Assembly: GCA_964591165.1 (NCBI GenBank)
Contig: CAZPZW010000003.1
Coordinates: 1 to 60,533, forward strand
Direction: 5' to 3'
Source: an uncultured Thermoanaerobaculia bacterium
GTDB taxonomy: Bacteria > Acidobacteriota > Thermoanaerobaculia > Multivoradales > JAGPDF01
DNA length: 60,533 nucleotides
A program made the position numbers and the translations under genes. Each line of letters begins with the position of its first letter. The first letter of the stretch is position 1. Below, piece after piece: positions 15,837 through 25,085 of this stretch. The notes beneath the pieces are model-generated. The model searched no databases. It was not told the origin of the DNA and saw nothing but the letters and a program-made list of their open reading frames with translations.

Positions 15837-17575
15837 AGCCGGAGCGAGATCTCGATCGGCTTGCCGCCGCGCAGCACGGCGAGCTTCAGGCTGCCCGCGC
15901 GCACGGCCTGCTGGGCCTCGCGCTGCAGGGCGGCAGGCTCGCTGACCGGACGATCGGCGGCCCGCAGGATCAGGTCGTCCTGGCGTAGCCCGCTGGTCGC
16001 AGCGAGGCTCTCGGGCGCCACCGCCTCCACCAGCAGGCCGCGGATGCCCAGCGGGGCGTAATCGACCGCCCGGAGGCGGAGTCCGAGCTCCCGGCGAGGA
16101 GGTTCCGCAGCCGGCGTCGCGACGCCCGCCGCCGGCACCGCCGCGCGCAGCCGCAGACGCGCCAGGGCGGTGGCGGACTCGGTGGCCGTGGGGTCGAGCT
16201 CGACGGCGCGCCGGAATGCTGCCTCGGCCTCGCCGAAGCGCTTCTGCGCGAGGTAGACAGTGCCGAGATTGTGCGCCAGGTCGGCGCGCTGGGGAGCGAG
16301 CTCGGAGGCGCGAGTGAAGCTGGCTGCGGCGCCCGCGAGATCCCCCTGCGCCTGCTGCGCGAGCGCGAGATAGGCCCAGCCGGAGGGCTCGGCGGGAGCC
16401 AGGCGGGTTGCGGCGGTCGCCGCGTCGAAGGCCTGGCCGTAGTTCTTGCCGGCGAGAGCGCGCTCGGCCAACAGGAGCGCCGACTGCGCACCCACGCCGG
16501 CGCGATTCTCGGCGTCGTGCGCGAGCGCCTGGCGCAGACTCTGTTCCATTCCCTCGCCATTCCCCAGGCCGCGCTGCGCCAGCGCCAGCTGATACCAGAG
16601 CGGAGCCGAATCGGAGCGGACCTCGACCGCCTCGGCCAGAACAGCGGCCGCTTCCACCCCGCTGCCGGCGTCGCTGTAGGCGCGCGCCAGCTGGCTGGCG
16701 ACCTCGGTGTTCCGGCGGTCGAGCTCGTGGGCGCGGCGGAAGGCGTCGAGCGCGTCGAGCTTGCGGCCGAGCCGCTGGCGACAGAGACCCAGGTTGAACC
16801 AGACCCCGGCATCCCGATCGTCGAGGGCGACCGCCTGCTCGAATGCCGCGGCGGCGTCCTCGTACTGCTCGCGACCGAAGTAGAGCGCGCCGAGGTTGTT
16901 GAGCGCCTGGCTCTTGAGCTCGCGACTGACTTTGTCGGGCGCGATGCGCTCGAGCGCCAGCACCTTCTCGAAGCCGGCGAGCGCGGCATCGCTCGCGCCC
17001 GACCGCAGCTCGACCAGGGCGAGGTTGTAGACCGCGAGCGGTTGGTTGGGCGCCAGTTCGAGGCTCTCGTCGAGCCGGCTGCGGGCGCGTTGGAGATCCC
17101 CGCGCGCCAGGGCGTCGACTCCCTCCTGCAGACGTGTGCTGGCGAGGCGGAGGCGCTGCGTCGCGGCGTCGCGCTGGGCATTCTGGACCAGGGAGACGAA
17201 CTCGGGGCTGTAGAGCTCGCCCTGCAGCTCGTAGCCGGGCTGCTCGAAGAGCGCCTCCACGAGCAGCTGGCTCGCGCCGTCGGAGTTGCCCTGTTGCAGG
17301 AGGAGCCAGGCCGCGGTGACGCGCAGTCGAACGCGCTCGCCGACTTGCGGATGGCGGGTCCCGAGATCCCGATAGGCGGCGATCGCCGCGGTCAGGTCGC
17401 CATCGGCATAGGCCTGGGCAGCGGCGGCTTCGTCGCGCGCCCAGGCGTCCTCGACGAGTGGAGCCGTTTCGAGCAGGTCCTCGCTGACGATCCCGCCGGG
17501 CGGTGGCGCAGGCGCCTGCTGTGCCGGGGCGAGTGCGGCAATGGAGGCGGCGGCGAGGATGGGGAGAAGGCGCAT
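15830..17575 (-). CDS. Exported multi-TPR protein with a C-terminal PDZ domain
   Basis: Signal peptide MRLLPILAAAS; about 9 TPR-like repeats (e.g. LNNLGALYF..EQYEDAAAAFEQAVALD); PDZ-like LGLRL...GLLVEAVAPESLAATSGLRQDDLILR. Own candidate -10 TGC-TAGACT at 17600-17608 (-). Confidence 0.85.
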   Translation of the reverse strand: MRLLPILAAASIAALAPAQQAPAPPPGGIVSEDLLETAPLVEDAWARDEAAAAQAYADGDLTAAIAAYRDLGTRHPQVGERVRLRVTAAWLLLQQGNSDGASQLLVEALFEQPGYELQGELYSPEFVSLVQNAQRDAATQRLRLASTRLQEGVDALARGDLQRARSRLDESLELAPNQPLAVYNLALVELRSGASDAALAGFEKVLALERIAPDKVSRELKSQALNNLGALYFGREQYEDAAAAFEQAVALDDRDAGVWFNLGLCRQRLGRKLDALDAFRRAHELDRRNTEVASQLARAYSDAGSGVEAAAVLAEAVEVRSDSAPLWYQLALAQRGLGNGEGMEQSLRQALAHDAENRAGVGAQSALLLAERALAGKNYGQAFDAATAATRLAPAEPSGWAYLALAQQAQGDLAGAAASFTRASELAPQRADLAHNLGTVYLAQKRFGEAEAAFRRAVELDPTATESATALARLRLRAAVPAAGVATPAAEPPRRELGLRLRAVDYAPLGIRGLLVEAVAPESLAATSGLRQDDLILRAADRPVSEPAALQREAQQAVRAGSLKLAVLRGGKPIEISLRLQ

Positions 17576-17613
17576 GGGAGGCGGCCGCTGGCGGGCCGCA
17601 GTCTAGCAAAGCC

Positions 17614-19386
17614 TCAATTGGGCAGGAGCGCGCGCGCCGTGCGCTTGGCTTCGCGCCGCCCGTCGAGATCGAAAGTGAAGATGCTCTCGAAGTTGCTCTC
17701 GACGTCGATCGTCTCTGCCACCAGCACGGGCGCGGCCGGGTCGGGGCCGGCGGCGATCTCCACGCGGTGCGGACCGGGAGCGAGCCACCTGCCGCGCACC
17801 GGAGTGGCGGCCGGCGGACCACCGTCGATGCGCACGAAACCCTGCCTCGTCTCGAGGTGCGGCTGGACCGTGAGCTTGCCCGGGCGCTGGATCGGCGAAA
17901 TCACCGAGCGGCTCTCTCCTGCGCCGAGGCGGATCGCGAGCTCTTCCTCGCGGGAGTATTGCGGCGTCGCGAGCGCGAAGCGGAGCCGGTAGGACCCCGG
18001 AGCGAGCTCGAGGCGGCGCATCTGGTCGAGGGTCAAGGTGCGCCCGGCGACCCTCACGGTCATGGTCGAATCCCAGCCGGGTTCGATGGCGAGCTTCGCC
18101 GGCTTCGGGGGAGGTGGAGGCGGTGCGGGCTCGGCGGCGGCGGCTGGAGGCGCCGCGCTCTCGGTGGCCGGCGGATTCGCCGCCGGCGCGCTCGCCGCGC
18201 CGCTGGGTGGCGAGGTCACCGGGGCCGAGCTGGCGGCTGCCGGAGCTGGAGTGGCAGGCGCTGGCACGGTGTCGCGCGGCGCGGCTGCCGGATATGGAAT
18301 CGGCGTCGTCTCCTGGCGATACCGCCAGAATCCCCAGGCCCCGGCCGCGATCAGCGCAGCGAGGGTCAAGGTCGCGGTCGCCCAGCGGAGTCCGCGGCGC
18401 GAGCCGAGGCCGTGCGTCGGCCGTGACGAGGCCGCGGCGTGGAGATGCCGATGCGCGCCGTCGAGCTCGATGTCACCGACGCTCAACGGGCGCGACTCGG
18501 GCTCGCGGCCGGCGGCCGGCAGGGGAGCGGTCGGCGCGGAGGCGGCGGCGCGTTGCGCGGCGAGTCCGCCATCGCCGATCCGCCGCCGGTGGGCGAGCTC
18601 TTCGAGATCGTGCAGGAGGTCGCTCGAGGCGAGGTAGCGCTGGGCAGGTTCCTTCGCCAGGCAGCGCTCGACGATGCGGGCCAGCTCGGCCGGGCAGTCC
18701 GGCGCGCGGCTGAGCAGCGGAGCCGGCGGCTCGTTGAGGATCTGGAAGAAGACGGCGGAGATCTCGGCACCTTGGAAGGGGCGCTCGAAGCTCAGCAGCT
18801 CGTAAGCCAGCACACCGAAGGAGAAGATGTCGGTTCGCGCGTCGACCGGGTCGCCGCGGATCTGTTCGGGGGCGAGGTACGCGGCGGTGCCGAGAGTGAC
18901 CCCGGCCTGGGTGACCGGTTGCTGCTGTCGCGCCAGCCGCGCGATCCCGAAGTCCATGATCTTGGCCGTGTCGTCGTCGAGAATCCGGATGTTGCCCGGT
19001 TTGATGTCGCGGTGGATGACGCCGCGCGCATGGGCGTACTGCAGCCCGCGGGCGATCTGGACGAGGTAGAGCACCTTGGCCGGCAGCGGGATGAACTCGC
19101 GGCGCTTGATCTTGCGATCGAGATCCTCGCCACCGAGGTACTCCTGGACCAGATAGGGAGTCTCGCCTTCGAACCCGAAGTCGTAGACGGTGACGATGTT
19201 GCGGTGGTGGAGGTTGCCGGCGATCTCGGCCTCGCGCACGAACCTCTCACGCGTCTCGGCGTCCGCAGCGGAGCAGGTCTTGATCGCTACGTTGCGCTTG
19301 ATGAAGGGATCGTGTGCCTTGTAGACGACCCCGAAGCCGCCAACGCCGATCTTCTCCAGAATCTGATACTTGGCCAGGGTTGCCAT
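17614..19386 (-). CDS. Hanks-type Ser/Thr protein kinase with one TM, Pro/Ala linker and PEGA-like periplasmic beta domains
   Basis: GVGGFGVVY, VAIK, HRDIKPGN, DFG, GTAAYLAPE, D.RTDIFSFG; TM WATATLTLAALIAAGAWGFW. Candidate -10 TGC-TACGAT at 19400-19408 (-). Confidence 0.93.
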   Translation of the reverse strand: MATLAKYQILEKIGVGGFGVVYKAHDPFIKRNVAIKTCSAADAETRERFVREAEIAGNLHHRNIVTVYDFGFEGETPYLVQEYLGGEDLDRKIKRREFIPLPAKVLYLVQIARGLQYAHARGVIHRDIKPGNIRILDDDTAKIMDFGIARLARQQQPVTQAGVTLGTAAYLAPEQIRGDPVDARTDIFSFGVLAYELLSFERPFQGAEISAVFFQILNEPPAPLLSRAPDCPAELARIVERCLAKEPAQRYLASSDLLHDLEELAHRRRIGDGGLAAQRAAASAPTAPLPAAGREPESRPLSVGDIELDGAHRHLHAAASSRPTHGLGSRRGLRWATATLTLAALIAAGAWGFWRYRQETTPIPYPAAAPRDTVPAPATPAPAAASSAPVTSPPSGAASAPAANPPATESAAPPAAAAEPAPPPPPPKPAKLAIEPGWDSTMTVRVAGRTLTLDQMRRLELAPGSYRLRFALATPQYSREEELAIRLGAGESRSVISPIQRPGKLTVQPHLETRQGFVRIDGGPPAATPVRGRWLAPGPHRVEIAAGPDPAAPVLVAETIDVESNFESIFTFDLDGRREAKRTARALLPN

Positions 19387-19410
19387 GCGCCGCGCCGGGA
19401 TCGTAGCACG

Positions 19411-21306
19411 CTACGGCGGCGCGCTGCCGAGCTCGAGCAGTCGCGCGACGTGGGCGAGCAAGGCCTCCTGCGTCGGGCGCGCGAGAGCGCGGAAGCCATC
19501 CGGGCTCCGCGCGTCGGGCCGCAGCTCGAGCGGCTCGCCGGCGAGGGCGCGCGCCTCGACCGCGGCCGCGAGCTCCAGGGAATCGGCACGCGACGGATCG
19601 CTGAGCAGGAGCAGAGGCAGGCCGAGCGGGCGCTCGAAGGTCCGCAGACGCTGTCGATCCTCGGTCAGGCGTGGATCGGCCGGGTCGCCGAGTCGTCTCG
19701 TCCACCAGGCGCGCGCGTCGACCGGCAACGTGGCGAGCTCGTCGACCCGCCGCAGGGGATCCGGGTCCGGGTCGAGGATGACCCCGCCGGTCCAGCGGGC
19801 GGGCAGGTCACCGAGTGCCGCCGCGACGAGCGACCCGGCGATCGCGCCTTCGCCGACCAGGGCGAGCCGTGGGCTGCCGCCGGGGCAGCGCGCGGCGAGG
19901 TAACGCCGCGCCGACTCCAGATCCTCGAGTGGCGCAGAGGCCGGCCGTCCGTCGGCGGCGTGGCGCAGCGCGGCGCCGAAGCCCTCGCTGCCTCGGGGCC
20001 GCAGGCGGAGGACCGTGACTCCGCGCTGCGCGAGCAGCGAGAACAGAGGATGGAACTCCATCCAGGTAGCGGGCCGGGCGTCACTTTCGATCCAGATCAG
20101 TCCGGGGCAGCCGTCGGCCGGGCGCAGCGGCACCCAGAGCTCCGCCGGTGGATCGGTGGGCGCCGCTCCGAGACGCAGCCGCTCGGACGCGACGAGCGCC
20201 GCGGGATCGATCGCCGGAGCGAGGGTCCAGGTGAGCGGGAGCAGCTCGGCATCCGCCGCTCCGCTCCAGAAGTAGGCATCGCGCGCCGACCGCGGGCCGG
20301 CGGCGACGAGGAGGAGCGCTCCGGTCTGGCTCGGCGAACCGCCGACCCACCAGGTGCCGGCGGGTGGAGTCGGGAGCGCCAGCTCGCGTCCGTTCGCCAG
20401 GTCGAGCCAGTGTCCCTCGGCAAGTCCGTCGCAGCTCAGCTCGACCAGCGCCCGATGGACCTGCCGGTCCGCTGCCAGGGCCATCACGTCGCACTCCGGG
20501 AGCGGCAGATCGGAGAGCCGACCGGTCGCGAGGTCCAGCCGCGAGAGTCCTCGGCCGGTGCCGATCGCCTCGACCGCGAGGAGCAGCGACCGTCCGTCGT
20601 CGGCGAAGCTCAAGGGCCGATACCGGCCCTCCTGGTCGACCGGCAGCACGAGCCGCGTCTCGCCGCTGGCACGCTCCCAGAGGTAGACCTCGTCGGACTC
20701 CGGGTGGACCGTGCGCAGCAACGCGATTCGCGCTCCGTCATGGGCGGCGGCGGCGATGCGGAACGGCGTCGGATTGGTGGCCAGCAAGCGGGGAAGGCCG
20801 TGCGGAGCGGTCACCTGATAGAGGTCGTCTCGTCCCGCGCCGTCGGGATCTCCGGCCGCCAAAATAGTGTCGGGGTCGGCAGTCCAGCCGAGGAAGCGCA
20901 ACGTCGGTGGGGCGGCGAGGCTCGACGTCGCGCCGGACCCCTGGCGCCAGCTGAAGGGCCGCGAGTCGCCCGCTGCGTGGATCAGGGCGGCGTGGCTCGC
21001 CGGCTCGAAGCCGAGCGGCGTGCCGCGCAGCTCGAGGCGTTCCCGGCGCGTCGGGTCCCAGCGCACCAGGTCGAGCGACCCGTCATCCCGCCCGAGGAGG
21101 GCGAGCTCGCCGTCGGAGCTCAAGATCGCGCTCGCCACGCCGTGCGTCGCCAGGAAGTCGCCGGCCGGGTGGGTCGCGGCGGCGGCTCGCGGGGAGCTCG
21201 GCGGGAGCTCGGAACGCCGCTCGTGGCAGCCGCCCAGGGCGACCGCGAGCGCGACGCCGAACAGCAAGCGACCCCGGCGCGTCGCCCGCCGGTATACTGC
21301 CGGCAT
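19411..21306 (-). CDS. Lipoprotein homologous to S9 (prolyl oligopeptidase/acylaminoacyl peptidase) family, lacking catalytic motifs; 631 aa
   Basis: Arg-rich n-region and lipobox LGG-C; beta-propeller-like N-half; LLAQRGVTVLRLRPRGSEGFG..DLESARRYL matches the S9 core; GxSxG replaced by GEGAIAG. Start uncertain. Confidence 0.7.
   Translation of the reverse strand: MPAVYRRATRRGRLLFGVALAVALGGCHERRSELPPSSPRAAAATHPAGDFLATHGVASAILSSDGELALLGRDDGSLDLVRWDPTRRERLELRGTPLGFEPASHAALIHAAGDSRPFSWRQGSGATSSLAAPPTLRFLGWTADPDTILAAGDPDGAGRDDLYQVTAPHGLPRLLATNPTPFRIAAAAHDGARIALLRTVHPESDEVYLWERASGETRLVLPVDQEGRYRPLSFADDGRSLLLAVEAIGTGRGLSRLDLATGRLSDLPLPECDVMALAADRQVHRALVELSCDGLAEGHWLDLANGRELALPTPPAGTWWVGGSPSQTGALLLVAAGPRSARDAYFWSGAADAELLPLTWTLAPAIDPAALVASERLRLGAAPTDPPAELWVPLRPADGCPGLIWIESDARPATWMEFHPLFSLLAQRGVTVLRLRPRGSEGFGAALRHAADGRPASAPLEDLESARRYLAARCPGGSPRLALVGEGAIAGSLVAAALGDLPARWTGGVILDPDPDPLRRVDELATLPVDARAWWTRRLGDPADPRLTEDRQRLRTFERPLGLPLLLLSDPSRADSLELAAAVEARALAGEPLELRPDARSPDGFRALARPTQEALLAHVARLLELGSAPP
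21293..21298 (+). promoter_or_regulatory. -10 box TATACT 6 nt before ATG21305 (leaderless geometry)
   Basis: TATACT-GCCGGC-ATG with no SD. Confidence 0.55.
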
Positions 21307-21739
21307 GTCCGACCGAAAGTACAAGCAACGCGGATACATGGACGGAGAAGGGGAGCGCAAGACGTCCGGATCGCCGCCGCCTCGGCCCCCACGCGATCCG
21401 CGCGAGGCACCCCGCGGACGGGGGCTGGGCGCGCCCACCGAGTCGGCGTTCCGCTGCGCGCGCTGCGGCGCTTCCGCGACCGTGGCCGAGGCGATGTCCG
21501 CCGCCGCGCGCTGCGCCGGCTGCGGCTCGGACTTGCACACCTGCACGAACTGCACGAGCTTCGACCCCGCCTCGCCGCATGAGTGCCGCCAGCCGGTGCC
21601 CGAACGGATCGCCAAGAAGGACCGGGCGAACTCCTGCGAGCTGTTCGCTCCGCGCGTCCGGCAGGAGCACGCGCCGGAGAAGCCCGCGCCTGCTCCGGAC
21701 GATCCGCGAGCCGCGTTCGACGCGCTGTTCAAGTTCTGA
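21305..21739 (+). CDS. Small Cys-rich, probable Zn-binding hypothetical protein, 144 aa
   Basis: CARC, CAGC, DLHTCTNC, ECRQP, ANSCELF; C-terminal PRAAFDALFKF; GC3-rich codons. Confidence 0.8.
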   Translation: MSDRKYKQRGYMDGEGERKTSGSPPPRPPRDPREAPRGRGLGAPTESAFRCARCGASATVAEAMSAAARCAGCGSDLHTCTNCTSFDPASPHECRQPVPERIAKKDRANSCELFAPRVRQEHAPEKPAPAPDDPRAAFDALFKF

Positions 21740-21752
21740 GGGGCGGGCGCGA

Positions 21753-22439
21753 TCAAGCGCCGGAGATCGCCTCGAGGGCGCGTCGCCGGAACTCGTCGAG
21801 TTGGGCGCGATCCCGATCGGAGAGCGCCAGCAGCTCGAGCTCCAGCTCGGTCGGGCTGTCGTCGTCGGGGCGCAGGCGGCGGTAGGCGACCACCCGGCCG
21901 CGCGCCGAGATCGGCGGATCGGCGAAGTGCAGATCCACCGCGGCTCCCGTCTGCGGCTCGATAGCGAGCGCTGCCTCGATCACCAGGCTGGCCTCCGCCA
22001 GGCCCACGACGCGAAAGTCGGCCGCCGAGCTGACGCCGACCTCCTCGGCGCCGCGCACCTGAAACCGTCCGAAGAGACGCGTTTCGAGGGTCACGATGGC
22101 GCGCGAGGAAAGGAAGGTCGCCAGCCGCTGAGCCTCGGGCTGGAGCACGTTCTCGAATTCGATGCCCGCCCGGTAGAGCGGCTGCTGGTCTCCCCTGGCG
22201 TTGGCGCGCGTCCCCTGGAGGAAGCACCAGACGACCCGCCCGGTGATCGCCAGCCCTTCGAGCTGATGGTTGAGGCGAAGCGCGATGCGGCTGCGCGGAT
22301 TGAGTCGTGTGTGGGTCTCGAGCGACATGCCCGAGACCGAGATGTCGAGAACCCGGCCGTCGAGCGAAAGCTCGAGCGCCCCATGCTTGGCGGGCAGTCG
22401 ATGGCGGCGGCTCCTGCGGCGTTCTACGGCGGGCTTCAT
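21753..22439 (-). CDS. Tandem PilZ-domain protein (c-di-GMP receptor)
   Basis: N-domain ERRRSRR (RxxxR), DISVSG (DxSxxG), GRVVWC, AGIEF; the second domain has similar strand signatures (ARGRVV) but lacks both motifs. Confidence 0.8.
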   Translation of the reverse strand: MKPAVERRRSRRHRLPAKHGALELSLDGRVLDISVSGMSLETHTRLNPRSRIALRLNHQLEGLAITGRVVWCFLQGTRANARGDQQPLYRAGIEFENVLQPEAQRLATFLSSRAIVTLETRLFGRFQVRGAEEVGVSSAADFRVVGLAEASLVIEAALAIEPQTGAAVDLHFADPPISARGRVVAYRRLRPDDDSPTELELELLALSDRDRAQLDEFRRRALEAISGA

Positions 22440-22451
22440 GGGGTCGGCTTT

Positions 22452-23477
22452 CTACCCACCAATATACGACATCTCGATGCGGCCGGGTGGCGGAGTGGCG
22501 GCGGTGCGCAGCTCCGAGTAGCGATCGGAGCGCGCCTTCCACAGCTCGTCGATCCGCCGGGTGAGATCGCCGTCGCTGGCGCCTGAGCGCAGTGCAGACT
22601 TGAGGTCGAACCCCTGCGCGGCGAACAGGCAGGTATAGAGGTGGCCGTCCGCGGAGAGGCGGGCGCGCGTGCAGTCGCCGCAGAAGGGCTGGGTGACCGA
22701 CGCGATCAGGCCGATCTCGGCGCCGCCGTCGAGCCGCCGGTAGCGGCGGGCGACCTCGCCGCGGTAGGCGGGCGCCAGGGGCGCGACGGGAAACTCGGTC
22801 TCCAGGTGCGCCAGGATCTCGCGGGCGGGAACCACCTCTTCGAGACGCCAGCCGTTGCTCGAGCCGACGTCCATGTACTCGATGAACCGCACGATGTGGC
22901 CGCGATCGCCGAAGCGCCGCACCAGCGCGCCGAGATCCCGGTCGTTGACCCCGCGGCGCACCACCGCGTTGATCTTGAGCGGAGCGAAGCCAGCTTCTTC
23001 GGCGGCCGCGATGCCGTCGAGGACACGCGCCAGCGGCACGTCGCTGTCCGCGATCCGCCGGAAGACCGCTTCGTCGAGCGTGTCGAGGCTCACGGTGAGC
23101 CGGCCGAGCCCGGCCTGGCGTAGCTCGCCGGCATGCTGGGCGAGCAGGGCGCCGTTGGTGGTCAGGGTGAGCTCGGCGTCGAGCCCGGCGAGGCGACGGA
23201 CGAGCTCTGGCAGGTCGCGGCGCAGGAGCGGCTCACCGCCGGTGAGACGGATCTTGCGCACGCCGAGCGCCACGAACAGGCTCGCCAGGCGCGTGATCTC
23301 CTCGAAGCTGAGGATCTCCGAACGGCGCAGGAACGGATGGTCGACGCCGAACACTTCGCGCGGCATGCAGTAGGTGCAGCGGAAATTACAGCGGTCGGTG
23401 ACCGAGATCCGGAGGTCGGCGAGCGGCCGCTCCAGGCGGTCGACGGGAGGCTCGGCGACGATCGGCAGGCCTGGCAC
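22452..23477 (-). CDS. moaA: GTP 3',8-cyclase (molybdenum cofactor biosynthesis)
   Basis: LRISVTDRCNFRCTYC radical-SAM motif, LTGGEPLLR, TTNG, FIEYMDVG, FCGDCTRARLSADG.LYTCLF, C-terminal MSYIGG. Confidence 0.97.
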   Translation of the reverse strand: MPGLPIVAEPPVDRLERPLADLRISVTDRCNFRCTYCMPREVFGVDHPFLRRSEILSFEEITRLASLFVALGVRKIRLTGGEPLLRRDLPELVRRLAGLDAELTLTTNGALLAQHAGELRQAGLGRLTVSLDTLDEAVFRRIADSDVPLARVLDGIAAAEEAGFAPLKINAVVRRGVNDRDLGALVRRFGDRGHIVRFIEYMDVGSSNGWRLEEVVPAREILAHLETEFPVAPLAPAYRGEVARRYRRLDGGAEIGLIASVTQPFCGDCTRARLSADGHLYTCLFAAQGFDLKSALRSGASDGDLTRRIDELWKARSDRYSELRTAATPPPGRIEMSYIGG

Positions 23478-23483
23478 GGCGCG

Positions 23484-23489
23484 ATCTTA
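23484..23489 (-). promoter_or_regulatory. -10 box TAAGAT 6 nt before the moaA GTG (leaderless geometry)
   Basis: Minus strand reads TAAGAT-CGCGCC-GTG. Confidence 0.5.
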
Positions 23490-23543
23490 CGCTGGGCGGG
23501 GGGAAGGCTGTGGTCGCGGACGGACGGCAGGGCCCGCGCCGCC

Positions 23544-25085
23544 TCACCCACCGCGCGGCGCGCGCCTCCCGGCAGCCGCCGCCAACTCGCGGATCCGCGT
23601 CGGAAGGTCCGCGGGGACCTGGTCCGGGCACAGGCGCCACGTCCAGTTGCCGGACTCCTGGCCGGGAGTGTTCATCCGCGCCGCGCTGCCGAGATCGAGA
23701 AAGTCCTGCAGAGGAACGACGGCGAGCGCTGCCACGGAGGTGAAAGCGGCGCGCACCAACGACCAGCTGACCGAATCGGGAGGGCCTCCCAGGTAGGCGA
23801 GAGCGCGCCGGCGCTCGGGTTCCTGCGCCCGCTCGAACCAACCCCGGGTCGTGTCGTTGTCGTGCGTGCCGGTGTAGACGGCGGCCAGCGGCTCGTGATG
23901 ATGCGGCAGATGGGTACTGTCCTCCTCGCCGAACGCGAACTGGAGGACTTTCATCCCGGGGAGGCCGAGCTTGCGCCGCAGGGCGTGGACCTTGGCGTCG
24001 ATGTCGCCGAGGTCCTCGGCGAGCAGGGGCAGGTCGCCGCCGAGCGCGCGACGGAGCTCCCGGAAGAGGGCCTCACCGGGACCGCGGACCCAGCGGCCGC
24101 GAACCGCGGTGGCGCTGGCGGACGGAATCCGCCAGTAGGCCACGAAACCGCGGAAGTGATCGAGCCGGAGCAGGTCGAAACGCCGCAACTGGACGCGCAG
24201 GCGGGCGACCCACCAGGCGTAGCGCTGCGCCTTCAGCCGGTCCCAGCGGTAGAGGGGGTTGCCCCAGCGCTGGCCCTGGGCGCTGAAGTAGTCGGGGGGC
24301 ACGCCCGCGACGGCCCGCAGCTTGCCTTCGGCGGTGCCGTCGAACAGCTCGCGATGCGCCCAGACGTCGGCGCTGTCGGCTGCGACGTAGATCGGAATGT
24401 CGCCGAGCAAGGCCACGCCGCGCGCCCGGGCCGCGGCGCGCAAGGCGTCCCACTGCCGGAAGAACAGGAACTGCACGAAACGGTGGAACGCGATGTCGTC
24501 GGCCAGCTCGCGCCGGGCGTCGGCGAGCGCGGCCGCGCGGCGGTCGCGGAGCGGCGCGGCCCAGGCGGTCCAGGCGACGCCTCCGTGCCGAGCTTTGAGC
24601 GCCGCGAAGAGCGCCCAGTCGTCGAGCCAGGGAATCTGTCCGGCGGCGCTCGCGAAACCCTCCAGCTCGTCGTGGAGCGTCCCGCGCGGCCGCTCGCTGA
24701 GGGTCGCGAAAGCGCGCCGCAGCAGCCGGTCCTTGCTCTGTTCGGCGGCGACGAAGTCGACCCGCGAGGGGTCGGGCGAGTCGGCCATGGCGAGATCGCC
24801 GGCTTCGATCAGCCCATCGGCGAGCAGCGCTTCGGGAGAGACCAGGAGGGGGTTGCCAGCGAAGGCCGAGAACGCGTTGTAGGGCGAGTGGCCCAAGCCG
24901 GTCGGACCGAGCGGCAGCATCTGCCAGACGGCGAGCCCGCAGTCCACCAGCCAGTCCAGCGTCGCGAACGCCGCCGGACCGAGGTCGCCGATGGAGAAGC
25001 GTCCGGGGAGGCTGGTCGGGTGGAGGAGGAGGCCGGCCCGACGGTCGCTCCCCGGGACGCTGCCGGACGAGCGTTGCGCGCTCAC
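23544..25085 (-). CDS. malQ: 4-alpha-glucanotransferase (amylomaltase, GH77)
   Basis: GLLLHPTSLPG, WQMLPLGP, SPYNAFSAFAGNP, GDIPIYV, GVPPDYFS..GQRWGNPLY, RLDHFRG, AEDLG, YTGTHDNDT, RMNTPG; GTGA overlap with the speA stop. Confidence 0.96.
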   Translation of the reverse strand: MSAQRSSGSVPGSDRRAGLLLHPTSLPGRFSIGDLGPAAFATLDWLVDCGLAVWQMLPLGPTGLGHSPYNAFSAFAGNPLLVSPEALLADGLIEAGDLAMADSPDPSRVDFVAAEQSKDRLLRRAFATLSERPRGTLHDELEGFASAAGQIPWLDDWALFAALKARHGGVAWTAWAAPLRDRRAAALADARRELADDIAFHRFVQFLFFRQWDALRAAARARGVALLGDIPIYVAADSADVWAHRELFDGTAEGKLRAVAGVPPDYFSAQGQRWGNPLYRWDRLKAQRYAWWVARLRVQLRRFDLLRLDHFRGFVAYWRIPSASATAVRGRWVRGPGEALFRELRRALGGDLPLLAEDLGDIDAKVHALRRKLGLPGMKVLQFAFGEEDSTHLPHHHEPLAAVYTGTHDNDTTRGWFERAQEPERRRALAYLGGPPDSVSWSLVRAAFTSVAALAVVPLQDFLDLGSAARMNTPGQESGNWTWRLCPDQVPADLPTRIRELAAAAGRRAPRGG

